From an uncultured virus (IMG/VR IMGVR_UViG_3300010002_000006) (Duplodnaviria > Heunggongvirae > Uroviricota > Caudoviricetes), in the IMG/VR virus record IMGVR_UViG_3300010002_000006, positions 124,001-188,000 of that record: a DNA stretch of 64,000 nt; one strand, written 5' to 3'. The notes beneath the pieces are model-generated. The model had not been told where the DNA came from and did no database searches. It saw nothing but the letters and a program-made list of their open reading frames with translations. This document shows positions 17,435 through 27,856 of the stretch, piece after piece. The translations under genes and the position numbers were made by a program. The stretch's first letter is position 1; each line of letters begins with the position of its first letter.

Positions 17435-18163
17435 TCAGTCTTTTATACTGTCCCAGGTTTCGGCACACAAAGTAATTGACTCTGGTAATTTCTTTTCAGC
17501 GAGGAGCTTTTCAATGACCGGAAAAGCAATCTCCGCCTCAGTACCGTATACCAGGGAAACGTGGAGCAAGAGATCATCGTAGGAGTGTTCAAACCCCTCT
17601 TTGACCAACTGTTTGTGTCGCTCAAGCACACCTTCGGACTCTAAGATCAGCGCACACGCGCGCCACTTGGACCCGACTTTTCCCATCATTCTCACTTCCT
17701 TGATCTGCGCTTTAAACGCCTGATTAGAATAAGAGGGAATGATATTAGGATTGCGTTTGTCATACATGATGGTAGCGTGAAGGGTATTGATTGGAATCAG
17801 ATCCTTTACCTCTTCCCCTACTGCCGGCACAATGACGTTATACAATTTTGTTGCGCTGTTAAGATCAACATGTAACTCGGCATAGCCGTGATTAGCCATA
17901 AATTTGGGAACCTTTGTAATTTTGCCTGCACTGACTGCAAGTAACGCGGAGTCGATACAATCCTTGACAAATGTGTTTTCCTTTCCTTCTTTATTCTTAA
18001 AGCGATCGCTAAGAATAATGAGCAAATGCTCCTCAGTCAAACCATTGGTTGAGAATTCTAACCGGGCTACGCGGTCATCGTTTTTGTCATACACTTTGTA
18101 TTGGTCAGTTTCCCCATATACCGTGCGAATACGGCTGGACTCACCTCGATAGATTGTTCCCAC
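17435..18163 (-). CDS. acb1: Acb1-like (T4 57B-type) 2H phosphoesterase with N-terminal Tad1-like domain
   Basis: 2H motifs LHATIMY and LHVSLVY plus LES..L..RH...G..H.YDD as in Acb1. N-terminal NGLTEEHLLIILSDRFK...KEN...IDSALL resembles the Tad1 helical hairpin. GTG start at 18163 after AAAGGA. Confidence 0.75.
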   Translation of the reverse strand: MGTIYRGESSRIRTVYGETDQYKVYDKNDDRVARLEFSTNGLTEEHLLIILSDRFKNKEGKENTFVKDCIDSALLAVSAGKITKVPKFMANHGYAELHVDLNSATKLYNVIVPAVGEEVKDLIPINTLHATIMYDKRNPNIIPSYSNQAFKAQIKEVRMMGKVGSKWRACALILESEGVLERHKQLVKEGFEHSYDDLLLHVSLVYGTEAEIAFPVIEKLLAEKKLPESITLCAETWDSIKD

Positions 18164-18207
18164 GACATTTCCTTTAACGAGACAAAAAAAAAATAAGTAC
18201 AATAAAG

Positions 18208-18233
18208 GTAACCAGGGAATGACCCCTGGTTAC
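18208..18233 (-). terminator. Terminator hairpin
   Basis: GTAACCAGGG/CCCTGGTTAC stem; displaced T-tract. Confidence 0.7.
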
Positions 18234-18240
18234 ACTTTGC

Positions 18241-18918
18241 TTATTGTTCGTCGGTTGGATTATCGCGTTCGGCTTGTGCCGCTCGGCGTTCTTCGACTTG
18301 TTCCACCGACAGGATTTCTCCGTTGGTGACCGAGGTCGGGTCAAACAAGTTTGCCAGCAGATGCAGGTTCGTTGCTTGCCACGTTCGATGGATATCTGCC
18401 CGCTCTTTAAAACTCAGTTGGGTGAGAGAATCACGCGAACTGGAGTAATTAGTACGAGTCAGTGTTTCCGCTTCTTTGTCAAAGACGACTTTGCCATCCA
18501 TAGCACGGTTATAGAAATAGTTCTCTCGTCCAATACCGGTGCAGGCATCAGAGAAATCTCCATCATAACCCGAGATACGCTCTTCCAGATAGAGTCCCAT
18601 GGCCATCGGGTTTGCCATAATGTAATCCCGCATAAAGCCCGTGGCTTGCTGCTGGTATTTCACTTCTGACAGATAGCCGAGTTCAAAACGACCAACATAG
18701 GTTCCATCTTTACCGTTGAGGCGATTACTGAATTCCCACATACGACTGTTCATGAAGTTAGTGTGGGCTTCTTTTACCGAATCCAGCGCGCCTCCAAGCC
18801 AGCCGCCTAATCCCTCATACTTCTGATAAAGTCCGGCCATGTGTTGATCAAACACAGCAGCACTTCGTTCAGTCAGGGAGCCACTGGCGCCTCGCATAAA
18901 AGCAGCAGTTACGTTCAA
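18241..18918 (-). CDS. Hypothetical core protein following nvRNAP beta' N-terminal gene
   Basis: 225 aa ORF abutting 18921..20513. Confidence 0.7.
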   Translation of the reverse strand: MNVTAAFMRGASGSLTERSAAVFDQHMAGLYQKYEGLGGWLGGALDSVKEAHTNFMNSRMWEFSNRLNGKDGTYVGRFELGYLSEVKYQQQATGFMRDYIMANPMAMGLYLEERISGYDGDFSDACTGIGRENYFYNRAMDGKVVFDKEAETLTRTNYSSSRDSLTQLSFKERADIHRTWQATNLHLLANLFDPTSVTNGEILSVEQVEERRAAQAERDNPTDEQ

Positions 18919-18920
18919 GG

Positions 18921-20513
18921 TTATTCCTCTGCGATGGGTTCACTTAAGAGCAACGAGTTGATGTTCAACAGGTTAGTCTTGGTATGGGTCGCAAAACGAC
19001 TCAGTTTAAACGGACGGTTTGGATCCAACATCTGATGGTGACCCCAGCTACTATATGCTTCTACCTTGGACATCATATCCGGCAGGAAAATCACATACAT
19101 GGCATCGCCATCAAAGTCCGCGCCATATTCCTTAACCGTGGTAATCGGAATACGAATGGATTTATCATCAAGGTCACGAGAGAACTTGACAAAGAACGCA
19201 CGAGCAGACAGGTATTGAATCGAGGGGTTACGACCCGCTGTTGCCATAGCAAAGCGATTGTCTTCGACCCAGGTAATAAACTCCTCCACCAGAGGATGAC
19301 GATAGTTGTTTGCCGTACGAATGATTTCCTTCACTCGCATTGGGGTGTAGCCTCGGCGGTACAACCAGTTGGTGAGGTGTTTATCTAAACAGGTTAATGC
19401 ATAGAGCCAGGGTAATACAATTGTATCACTACGACAAACCCCTGACTCACCGGTGATGATAGAACGACCTGTTAAGGGCAATTTGCCCGCACCGGCATGA
19501 TAACGAATCATACCTTTCTTACCGAACAGAATATTTTTCTGTACGTTCATCAGTGCTTCAACGAGGCCTTTGGTGTTCTTACCCATGAGGTCTTCGTTGT
19601 CGGTCGCGCGGATATCATCAATGGGATACGTATCGGCGAGTGTAAAGTAAATCTTATCTAAGTCAGCTTGTTCTTTGTTGACATAACGGTCACGTTGGTC
19701 AGACTCCACAACCGTTGTGATTTTGTTGGGCAGCGGCAGGTATTTGAATACCGCCTTTTTACTGTACCGACGCCAGAAGGTAGCAAAGTCGCTACGGTCT
19801 TTTTCGGTGAGGTCCAGCACTTTACTGACATCCTGCTCGATTGCTGACATCACAATCAGGTTCATGTTGTCGATAAAACTGTTGTAACCAAACTCGATGT
19901 TTAACGTCGACCGGAAGCTTTCGATCTTCGCGGCAATTTTAAACGCGTTGTTGTTCGGGTCGGTGAAACGTTTGTCTTCCCGTACCGAAGGATCAATCCA
20001 ATACTCGACTAAGTTAACTTTGGGTGACTTGGTGTTGAGCTTACTAAAGAAGATGGCCCACATCGCGGGATTAATGAAGCCAGATACATAAGGCGGGGTT
20101 CGCAGCCACACCTTGGTCTCGATGCGTTGGGTTAAAGGTTTGATCACCTCATGCCCACACTCATCACATGTGATCTTCATGTCTTCATAAATGTTACTAC
20201 GAAACTTCTTACATTGACACGAGGCCACGGTATCGAAGCTGTTTCCTTCATACTCAGTGCGCAGCAATTCCACAATCGCTTCACGATGCTCTTCGATGTT
20301 GAAGTCGAAGTCGTTGAGATAGATCGGGGAAGTCACTGATAAATCGTGCTTGAGATCAAAGTCCTCGAAGTCAGGATACAGCGCTTTATAGAAGGAAGGG
20401 TCATCATTACGAGGTGTAATCCCCGCAACACTTATAATGCCATCAAACAACTTACTCGGAATCATGTTGTTATCCGCGTAGTTGCTGAGAATGTCCGCCA
20501 CCGTTGTTGACAT
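18921..20513 (-). CDS. Non-virion RNA polymerase beta' N-terminal/catalytic subunit (phiKZ gp55-56.1-like), uninterrupted
   Basis: Catalytic YGADFDGD, RNPSI, zinc finger CQC...CDECG. Confidence 0.9.
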   Translation of the reverse strand: MSTTVADILSNYADNNMIPSKLFDGIISVAGITPRNDDPSFYKALYPDFEDFDLKHDLSVTSPIYLNDFDFNIEEHREAIVELLRTEYEGNSFDTVASCQCKKFRSNIYEDMKITCDECGHEVIKPLTQRIETKVWLRTPPYVSGFINPAMWAIFFSKLNTKSPKVNLVEYWIDPSVREDKRFTDPNNNAFKIAAKIESFRSTLNIEFGYNSFIDNMNLIVMSAIEQDVSKVLDLTEKDRSDFATFWRRYSKKAVFKYLPLPNKITTVVESDQRDRYVNKEQADLDKIYFTLADTYPIDDIRATDNEDLMGKNTKGLVEALMNVQKNILFGKKGMIRYHAGAGKLPLTGRSIITGESGVCRSDTIVLPWLYALTCLDKHLTNWLYRRGYTPMRVKEIIRTANNYRHPLVEEFITWVEDNRFAMATAGRNPSIQYLSARAFFVKFSRDLDDKSIRIPITTVKEYGADFDGDAMYVIFLPDMMSKVEAYSSWGHHQMLDPNRPFKLSRFATHTKTNLLNINSLLLSEPIAEE

Positions 20514-20608
20514 AAAAAATAAACCCTATGTAAAAACAAGGATAGCAGGAATTAACCCGCTATCCTTGTGATTGTTACTTAGCTAAATATCTGTACCACT
20601 GCTACGAA

Positions 20609-22528
20609 TTAGTAGCCGGAGAACGCGCCATTGAAGCCCAGGCCAGCAGTCTGAACAGACTGAGACAGCTGAGTGGTGATGGCATGGTTCAGATATTCGT
20701 TACCGGTGTTCATGTTCCACATGGACGCCAGGTTAGAACCAGACAGAGACAGCGTACCAGAACGCGCCATCGCACGAGCGAAGGTTGCGAAGAAGCTGTT
20801 TTTCCAGATGAAGCGACGGTTCCAACCGTTCAGGATGACGTTTGCACCAAACAGCTGGTTCAGACGGTTGTAGATGTTGTACTGACGGATGCGAATGTTG
20901 TCGCCGCCCAGGGTGCCATTGATCAGCGCCTGGTATTCAGAGATCATCGCTTCGTTCTGGCCGTAGTACGTATCCTGACGCAGGAACATGCCATCGACTT
21001 CAGCCAGGTCGAACCACTTACCGTCTTTACCTTGGGCAATACCGTTAGGCAGAACGATGTTGGTCGCTTCCAGGATGTTGTCGGTTGGGATCCAATCGGT
21101 CATCAGTGAACGCGCCTGACCCATTTCGACGTTCTTCTTAACTTCTTTAGAGAACTCGCCGTTGGACAGAGTGTCCAGCAGTTTGATCAGCGTGCGGTGG
21201 TAAGTTGAACCAGCCGGTTTGCTGATGAGGTTCCACCAGAAGTCAGTGTTCGCCACGTCCTGAGTGAACGTTGCCAGATCCAGAACGTACACAGCGTGTG
21301 GTGCTACATACGTACCCAGCCACTGGTTCATCACCTGAGCATTGTTCAGGTTCTTATCAGTGATGTACTGCGCAGTACCGTAGTTCTGCTGACCCAGTAC
21401 CTGAGACAGGTAGTAGTTGAAGTTACCCACATTACCACGATGACCGACTTCTTTGCCGCGGAACGCTTCAGAGAAGTAGCTGATGTTGTTCGCACCGATA
21501 GATGCATACAGACCCAGCAGGGCAGTCAGCAGTGAGCTGTTGTTGTTCAGGGTTTCGCCAGGGATGGTGATACCGGTAGAGATCACAGGAACCAGTGGTC
21601 CGATAACGCGGCCTGGGTTACGAGCACGTTCCTGCTGGAACTGCTGGCCAGACATCGCTTCCAGTGACACGGTCATGTGCGCAGTAGCAACTGAACGGCT
21701 CTGAGAGCTGTTAGCGTTCTGCGTGTTGTTTTTGTTGGTGGTAGAGATTTTCGCTGCCAGGTTGTATGGCGTTGGAACACCGTCGATAACCAGTTTGTTA
21801 ACCGGCTCGATACGACCAACCGCAGAATCATCTTTACCGAACAGTTTACCGTCTTTGAACGGGTTAGGCAGCGGCAGATCCGCAACAGTCGCTTCCAGAG
21901 TCGCGATGTTCAGCAGTGAAGTTGACCACTCTTTCAGAATGGTGTTCGCCACTTGCTGGATCATGTCTTCGCCAACAACTTGGTTTTTGATGTACGGTTC
22001 CAGGTCACGGACGATTGGAGACAGCAGGATGACTTTGGCCATCTGCACGCCATCGACGTAAGCGTACTGTGCTTTCACACGTTCCATCAGCTGCGCGTCC
22101 ATGAAGTTCGCAGCAGGTTTCGCGATTGCACGCGGCGCAGGTTCGTTAGCCAGCATGATGGTGTCAGTGACTTCGGTGATACCGACTTTGTAGAACAGCA
22201 CAGGCTGAACGTACGCGGCGTTACCGATAACAGTTGACAGCGCGATGCCCGGCAGGTTCGGAGAGATGTCCGCAGTGATGTTCTGAACTTTCTTCGGCAG
22301 CGCCATTTTCTGCGCTTCGCTGGCGGTGTTTTCGTTCAGCTGTTTGATGATTTCCAGCACGCGCTTCATCACTTCGGTGACTTCAGTGATGTTGTGGGTT
22401 GAAGAGATCAGGTTCTGTTGGCCCAGCAGCGCCAGCAGCGGATTGTTAGAATTGCTCATATTGTTATTGTTACCGTTGTTGCTGTTAGAAGAAGAGTTGT
22501 TGTTGCTGTTGCGATCGTCGAGCGCCAT
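20609..22528 (-). CDS. chmA: Chimallin, phage nuclear shell protein (ChmA/PhuN, phiKZ gp54-like)
   Basis: 639 aa, immediately upstream of beta' N; disordered N/S-rich N-terminus; strongly biased high-expression codon use; early promoter motif upstream. Confidence 0.75.
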   Translation of the reverse strand: MALDDRNSNNNSSSNSNNGNNNNMSNSNNPLLALLGQQNLISSTHNITEVTEVMKRVLEIIKQLNENTASEAQKMALPKKVQNITADISPNLPGIALSTVIGNAAYVQPVLFYKVGITEVTDTIMLANEPAPRAIAKPAANFMDAQLMERVKAQYAYVDGVQMAKVILLSPIVRDLEPYIKNQVVGEDMIQQVANTILKEWSTSLLNIATLEATVADLPLPNPFKDGKLFGKDDSAVGRIEPVNKLVIDGVPTPYNLAAKISTTNKNNTQNANSSQSRSVATAHMTVSLEAMSGQQFQQERARNPGRVIGPLVPVISTGITIPGETLNNNSSLLTALLGLYASIGANNISYFSEAFRGKEVGHRGNVGNFNYYLSQVLGQQNYGTAQYITDKNLNNAQVMNQWLGTYVAPHAVYVLDLATFTQDVANTDFWWNLISKPAGSTYHRTLIKLLDTLSNGEFSKEVKKNVEMGQARSLMTDWIPTDNILEATNIVLPNGIAQGKDGKWFDLAEVDGMFLRQDTYYGQNEAMISEYQALINGTLGGDNIRIRQYNIYNRLNQLFGANVILNGWNRRFIWKNSFFATFARAMARSGTLSLSGSNLASMWNMNTGNEYLNHAITTQLSQSVQTAGLGFNGAFSGY

Positions 22529-22625
22529 AATGCGAATTCCTTAATAAAAGTGTGAACTGTTCAGTGATATAGATTAACGTTAATATACATGGTGGAGACA
22601 AAATGAAATGACATCTTATCTATTA

Positions 22626-22655
22626 TGCACTATAATAATATAGACTTAAGAAATT
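22626..22655 (-). promoter_or_regulatory. Putative phage early promoter of chimallin
   Basis: TTAAGTCTATATTATTATAGTGCA (core 22635..22642). Confidence 0.55.
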
Positions 22656-22811
22656 ATAGAGCAATGTTTTTTCGCACAGTAAATCGTATGTATACTGAAA
22701 AATAAACGTACGACTCCCGTGTATTCTTAAGGACATGCCTTAAGAATTAGTTTACATAATATAGAGATGTCCATTAATTAAATACTGACACATTAATTGA
22801 GGTTTCATTAC

Positions 22812-23909
22812 ATGTCCTATTTCAAGCTTCAACCTAATGGGTTGAACTACGGTAAACGAGAATATCCCGGACTGGGTAATCTCGAACGTATCCTGTCAAG
22901 AAATGAAGACCGCTTTTTCAGCTACCTGAATCAAGGCAACCGTACCCTCCCGAATCAGAACCCGTTGGTTCAATTTCTTCAGTCGCTGTCAGTGAACGTA
23001 GAATGGGAACGTGATTACTTAATTAATCAGATTCATACTCGCGCCAAATCTATCGCGAGCTTGGTGGACATCACCTCCCTCTATAATAAAGGAAAGAACC
23101 ACCTTACCTCACTGTATCCTGAAAGCAATCACCACACATTGCTGGTGCTGCCTTTTGGGGACGCGAGTCCTGCACAAATAAATGTATACTTTAGTAAGAA
23201 TTTAGACGAGCTGGTTCCGCTCTATCCGATCTATACGACCGATACCCTGCAACGCTGGGATATCATGGATCTGCTGGACACTCGTCAGCTGACGGCACCG
23301 CGTCCTATCTTCACCATTATTAACATCGATGTCTATGCCTTGGTCATAGGGTATTGGCGTTGGTTAAAAGAGGGACCGGATTGGGGTAAGTCACCGCACG
23401 GGTATCTGGCGAACTTTCCGCTGGCGAATTGTTATCTGTACCACAACGAGCTGGTTAACTTTAACTATCTCAATGGACAGGGTGAGTCGATCGACATCTC
23501 CAAAGGTAACTGGAACCTTGAGAACTATTACACTCAGCTTACCGAATACACGGATCACAAGAACCGGGTAATGTTGGGTGAACCCATGAAAAGCTTTATG
23601 GAGTTCTTCCAGATTAACTGTCGAGCGAACCCCAATGTGGATGTGGCAAAGATGGTGTTTCCTCAGGCCTATAAAAGTCTGTACTTTGTTCAAATGAACT
23701 GGGTGTGGTCTATGGCGTCACTGGGGATGGTCAGTAAGTACCTTCGTTACATGGACATCCTGGGCAGTGTAGATGGTCAGATTAAAGCTCAGCTAGGAAT
23801 GTACTTTACCAAGGTACAATTACAAACTCAGATGAATCAGATTCAGGATTCGGTCTGGAAGCACCACTTCAGCGAACTGTGGAATAGCGTTAACGACATC
23901 AGACCATAA
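22812..23909 (+). CDS. Conserved hypothetical, probably virion protein (phiKZ gp52 position)
   Basis: 365 aa, opposite strand between DNA polymerase and chimallin; GAGG RBS before ATG 22812. Confidence 0.55.
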   Translation: MSYFKLQPNGLNYGKREYPGLGNLERILSRNEDRFFSYLNQGNRTLPNQNPLVQFLQSLSVNVEWERDYLINQIHTRAKSIASLVDITSLYNKGKNHLTSLYPESNHHTLLVLPFGDASPAQINVYFSKNLDELVPLYPIYTTDTLQRWDIMDLLDTRQLTAPRPIFTIINIDVYALVIGYWRWLKEGPDWGKSPHGYLANFPLANCYLYHNELVNFNYLNGQGESIDISKGNWNLENYYTQLTEYTDHKNRVMLGEPMKSFMEFFQINCRANPNVDVAKMVFPQAYKSLYFVQMNWVWSMASLGMVSKYLRYMDILGSVDGQIKAQLGMYFTKVQLQTQMNQIQDSVWKHHFSELWNSVNDIRP

Positions 23910-23913
23910 AGGT

Positions 23914-23942
23914 GAACTCTACCCCTGTGCGGGGTAGAGTTC
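23914..23942. terminator. Terminator hairpin between convergent genes
   Basis: GAACTCTACCCC/GGGGTAGAGTTC. Confidence 0.75.
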
Positions 23943-23968
23943 GTCATGTAATAGTTTACATAAAATTG

Positions 23969-26047
23969 TTAGTGTTCATCACTGACCAGACGGGTAATCG
24001 AGTCATTCATGAAGTACAACCCTGTTGAGTTCAACACCTCATAAACACACTTCAGGTTCTGCTTGATTACGGTGCGGTAATCTACAGCCGTCTTGATCTC
24101 ATCTGGAATCCCCTGCAGATATTGCAGACGTTCCATTGGGACCACGATACCGTTTAAATCAGTACGACCGGTTTCTTCAAAGAACGCTGTTAACCGTTCT
24201 CTTACATCGGCATCTGGAATACTTTCGATCCAGGCTTTCAGTTTAGACTTAGACCCTAAGTCAACCGACATCTTCACACCCACATACGGCAGCTCCGGCG
24301 CCGAACCGTATTTACTGGCAAATACATTCTCCCACATTTCATGGTAGAAGTAGACAGAGCCGTTGGGATTAGAATACGACGCCTTACCTTTCACACCTTG
24401 GCGGGATAACCATTTCCAGTCACCGTTGTTGGTGTCATCCACGATCATACGTTCCAGGTCACCAATCCCTTTTAAGATCTCTGGTGCGTCCAGCTTCTTC
24501 TTGTGCTCAATCGCTTCCAGGGTATCTTTCATCAACTGCTGAGCAAAGTTCTTGATACTCTTGGCAATCTTCGACGATTTCAAGTGAACCCCTTTGATCT
24601 CCATTTCAGGGTGTTCGTTCATTACCCCCTCCACCATCTGCTGGCTAGCATAATAGTGTTTGGACATCTGGGTGGTCACGTAGGCACCGAAGTAATACTC
24701 GTTCTTCATCCCCAGCATGCGCAGGTTGCGTTTACTGACGTTGAGGTTAGCCGAGAGCTGCTGATGTTGATCGACCGAGATCATGCGAATGAAGTAGGTT
24801 AATACCGCATTCAACTTGATACCTTTCTCACGGTCACTGGTGTAAGCCTCAATCATCTCATCCACGGTGTAGATCGAGGAGTCGGTATCTGAGGTTAATA
24901 CACAGTCACGGATCGACGAGGTCACATCAAACAGACCTGACGGTGGGATCGGTGATCGGAAGAAGATATTCATCAAGTCACTGTACTGTGTTTCCACAGC
25001 GTCGTGATGATGGTTCAGTGCAACCACATCCAAATGCGAGGCGTTACGAGGAAGCTTCGATACCGCCAAAACATATTTATCGTCGTTGTCGGGACTGACG
25101 TAATCTTCAACGGTCTTACCCGGCTCCGGTGGATTAGAAGCCGCAAAGGCGTCAAAGAAGGCCGAGATGGTTTCTTTGTTGTGGTTAAACAACGAGACCA
25201 AGTCCAGAGTATAGAGAATAGACGCGAGCTGTAGACTTGAGACCTTTTTAAGGAAGTCCTCAATGATCGCCATGTACTTCGCTGAATCCCAATACCGGCT
25301 AGAGCAATAGCGCACGCGCACCATGACTTCTTCAACGGTTGGATAATGAAGCTTGTACTTCTCCATAACGTCTTGCAGCTTCTTGAGGTCGGTGACCTGC
25401 ATTCGAGCTAGCAGCGACTGTAACGTGTTCTCCGGGGTGTTGTAGAAACGGTTGCCGGCAATGAACTGTTCGTTAATTAAGTTCGCTGTGGACGTCAGAC
25501 AACGGCAGGTGGAGGTCAATGACGTATGACCGGTCTTGTTGTTGATTGGCGTACCTTCAGATGACATCGCACCGGATTGGGCGTTGTTGAAGATCTTAAA
25601 GGCGTTCTGCAGTTCATCGTACTTGCTGTAGAGATCATCGTCGCCGGCTTTGTGCGCTTTCTTACGCAGACCTTTATAGAAGGAGCGGTTGTCGATAAAC
25701 AGACGCGTACCAATGGAGTTCACACACTCCTCTTCTTCTGAGTTGGTATACGCAACCATAGAGGGAGAGAAATGGTAGTTATTCTTTTCAACGTGTTTCA
25801 GGACACCAGAGAAAGGCACCTTGTGTTGCTCACGGTCACCCTGTTTGTTTTTAATCAGGATGGTGGCCATGCGAGACTTGAATTCTTCTTTGTGCTCTTT
25901 GAAGTATTTGACCAGGTTACGACGAATCTTGTCTTCGTCTTCGTTGCGTGTTTTGCTCAGAAAGGTGGCATATTGGGTAATCGCGTGTTTTAAGATATTG
26001 CGATCACTCTGATACTCTTCTGAGAGAAATGGACCTACACTCGACAT
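23969..26047 (-). CDS. Family-B DNA polymerase, catalytic part (phiKZ gp50-like)
   Basis: KIFNNAQSG (motif B-like), SDTDS (motif C), KHYYA, IKGVHLKSS. Confidence 0.85.
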   Translation of the reverse strand: MSSVGPFLSEEYQSDRNILKHAITQYATFLSKTRNEDEDKIRRNLVKYFKEHKEEFKSRMATILIKNKQGDREQHKVPFSGVLKHVEKNNYHFSPSMVAYTNSEEEECVNSIGTRLFIDNRSFYKGLRKKAHKAGDDDLYSKYDELQNAFKIFNNAQSGAMSSEGTPINNKTGHTSLTSTCRCLTSTANLINEQFIAGNRFYNTPENTLQSLLARMQVTDLKKLQDVMEKYKLHYPTVEEVMVRVRYCSSRYWDSAKYMAIIEDFLKKVSSLQLASILYTLDLVSLFNHNKETISAFFDAFAASNPPEPGKTVEDYVSPDNDDKYVLAVSKLPRNASHLDVVALNHHHDAVETQYSDLMNIFFRSPIPPSGLFDVTSSIRDCVLTSDTDSSIYTVDEMIEAYTSDREKGIKLNAVLTYFIRMISVDQHQQLSANLNVSKRNLRMLGMKNEYYFGAYVTTQMSKHYYASQQMVEGVMNEHPEMEIKGVHLKSSKIAKSIKNFAQQLMKDTLEAIEHKKKLDAPEILKGIGDLERMIVDDTNNGDWKWLSRQGVKGKASYSNPNGSVYFYHEMWENVFASKYGSAPELPYVGVKMSVDLGSKSKLKAWIESIPDADVRERLTAFFEETGRTDLNGIVVPMERLQYLQGIPDEIKTAVDYRTVIKQNLKCVYEVLNSTGLYFMNDSITRLVSDEH

Positions 26048-26134
26048 CGCGATTCCCTCATGACGAGAAAAAAAAAATAATTGTGGTAACTATTACCAGA
26101 CCTACTTTATAGTAGGTCCAGTAATAGGATAATG

Positions 26135-26557
26135 TTACTTGTCGTCAATCTTTATTGTGTACTGTACGTTCAAGCTGTTCAGGAAGTCGATCAGCGGTGC
26201 GCGGTGATACTCAACAAAGCCTTGAATGATGATCTGTGCTTCACGGGTAGTAATGGTAGTCAGGGAATCCTTGTTGATCCAGGGAATCCCGAAAACCAGT
26301 AACTCGCTCTGCGTCGCATCGAGCTGTACCGTGAGATACTTATACACATTGGGATCATTAACATTATCCACGCTGTCTTTAAAGAACGGATAAAAGTTAG
26401 CGTGTCGACCATCAATACTGGGATCCAGTCTTTTTGCCACAGCATAACTAACAATGCCGTTGACAATCACACCTTTATATTGATCCCCATAGATGCCGGG
26501 CGTGATCATATCAAAGTTGATGATATCATCCGCTGCGATGGTGTTAAAGTCGGTCAT
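26135..26557 (-). CDS. Hypothetical protein
   Basis: 140 aa ORF, overlaps upstream gene. Confidence 0.7.
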   Translation of the reverse strand: MTDFNTIAADDIINFDMITPGIYGDQYKGVIVNGIVSYAVAKRLDPSIDGRHANFYPFFKDSVDNVNDPNVYKYLTVQLDATQSELLVFGIPWINKDSLTTITTREAQIIIQGFVEYHRAPLIDFLNSLNVQYTIKIDDK

Positions 26558-27216
26558 AAATTGTGAACCTCAAGTAAAATAGAGGGGAAGGTTATCACAG
26601 AATCCCCGTACTTCACTTTAGGTCCAGGAAGATCCAACACGGTCATACTTTTCAAATATTCCGTATATCCGATGTTGTTGTTGATGTGGTGCAACAGGAA
26701 CTTATCCAACTCACTAATTTCAGCGGTGAGGTAGCGTTCAGTCCAATCCCGCAGGAAGTTGGCGAACTGATCCGATTTCAGGGTCGCGCCGTTGGCCAGA
26801 ACATAATCACCCTCATTATCCAGGGTAACACCTTCAACGTGACCGTTGCCGATCCAGTCCAGGAAGTGTTCCAGGTATCCGACTAACAAGTCATCATTGG
26901 TACCCGTCAGACAATCTCCCAGGGTATTCAGGATCTTACCCATCAGGATATAGAAGTCATCGGCAGTGGGATCCGAATTTTCTTCTGCATCAACATAGTT
27001 CTGCGTATGCTGAACCGAGTTAAGCAAGGAAAGCACAATCGTTTCTTGCCACGGCTCTAACTGATTGGCAGCGGTACGGACTTTATGACGTGCTTGAAAA
27101 TCAATGAAGACTTTCTTAATGGTCTCATCGTCAAGGGGATTGTCCTGAAGATCGAGACGGTCCACGATACCTGTCAATAGCGCGTCGTAGTCGAAATGGT
27201 TGGCTTTGATGTACAT
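26554..27216 (-). CDS. Hypothetical protein
   Basis: 220 aa ORF in operon. Confidence 0.7.
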   Translation of the reverse strand: MYIKANHFDYDALLTGIVDRLDLQDNPLDDETIKKVFIDFQARHKVRTAANQLEPWQETIVLSLLNSVQHTQNYVDAEENSDPTADDFYILMGKILNTLGDCLTGTNDDLLVGYLEHFLDWIGNGHVEGVTLDNEGDYVLANGATLKSDQFANFLRDWTERYLTAEISELDKFLLHHINNNIGYTEYLKSMTVLDLPGPKVKYGDSVITFPSILLEVHNL

Positions 27217-27222
27217 GCTGCA

Positions 27223-27567
27223 TTACCTGCAACTAAACGTCATGTAGACGTGAACGGTGGATCCCTGGAGCTCGCACTCTATCGTGTTGTACTCACGACT
27301 AAGGTTATCCAAGAAGGTTTTAAAGTTGAGGTATTCAACCATGAACGCCTCATCTTGCTTTGCGTCACCGGTTTGTACTGACCCGATGTGTCCAGGGTCA
27401 CGGGCCAGTGAATGTTTGACGCCATAACTATCTAGCAATAAGATAATCGACGCCAGTAAACTTTCAAATGGAATACCGGGGTTGTGCAGGGAGTGACTGA
27501 ACTTCGCGAGAATGGGATCACTCTCTCCCAGAATATTATTCACAATGTCATTCAGGCTCATGGTCAT
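27223..27567 (-). CDS. Hypothetical protein
   Basis: 114 aa ORF in operon. Confidence 0.65.
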   Translation of the reverse strand: MTMSLNDIVNNILGESDPILAKFSHSLHNPGIPFESLLASIILLLDSYGVKHSLARDPGHIGSVQTGDAKQDEAFMVEYLNFKTFLDNLSREYNTIECELQGSTVHVYMTFSCR

Positions 27568-27850
27568 CGGGATAATCCTTGATATAAAGTTGGTTGTTCT
27601 GGATGAAAAAGCCTTGTACGTTATCCGTATGGTCTACTGCACTTACCAGCTCATATATAATAGGTCGGAGTTCTGATTTAATATTGGCTGCGTCAAATGG
27701 ATTAAACCATCTGGACAACTGAGCATTGAGAATTTCCCCTCGACGATGCGAGAGGAAATCCAGAATGATATTAAATAACTTCTCAGAATCCAGCTGATAG
27801 CGCTTACTGATACGGACCAACGGGTACAAGTTGCAAGAGTGCAACTTCAC
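27548..27850 (-). CDS. Hypothetical protein
   Basis: 100 aa; GTG start after GAGGAG. Confidence 0.65.
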   Translation of the reverse strand: MKLHSCNLYPLVRISKRYQLDSEKLFNIILDFLSHRRGEILNAQLSRWFNPFDAANIKSELRPIIYELVSAVDHTDNVQGFFIQNNQLYIKDYPDDHEPE

Positions 27851-27856
27851 GTTAGT

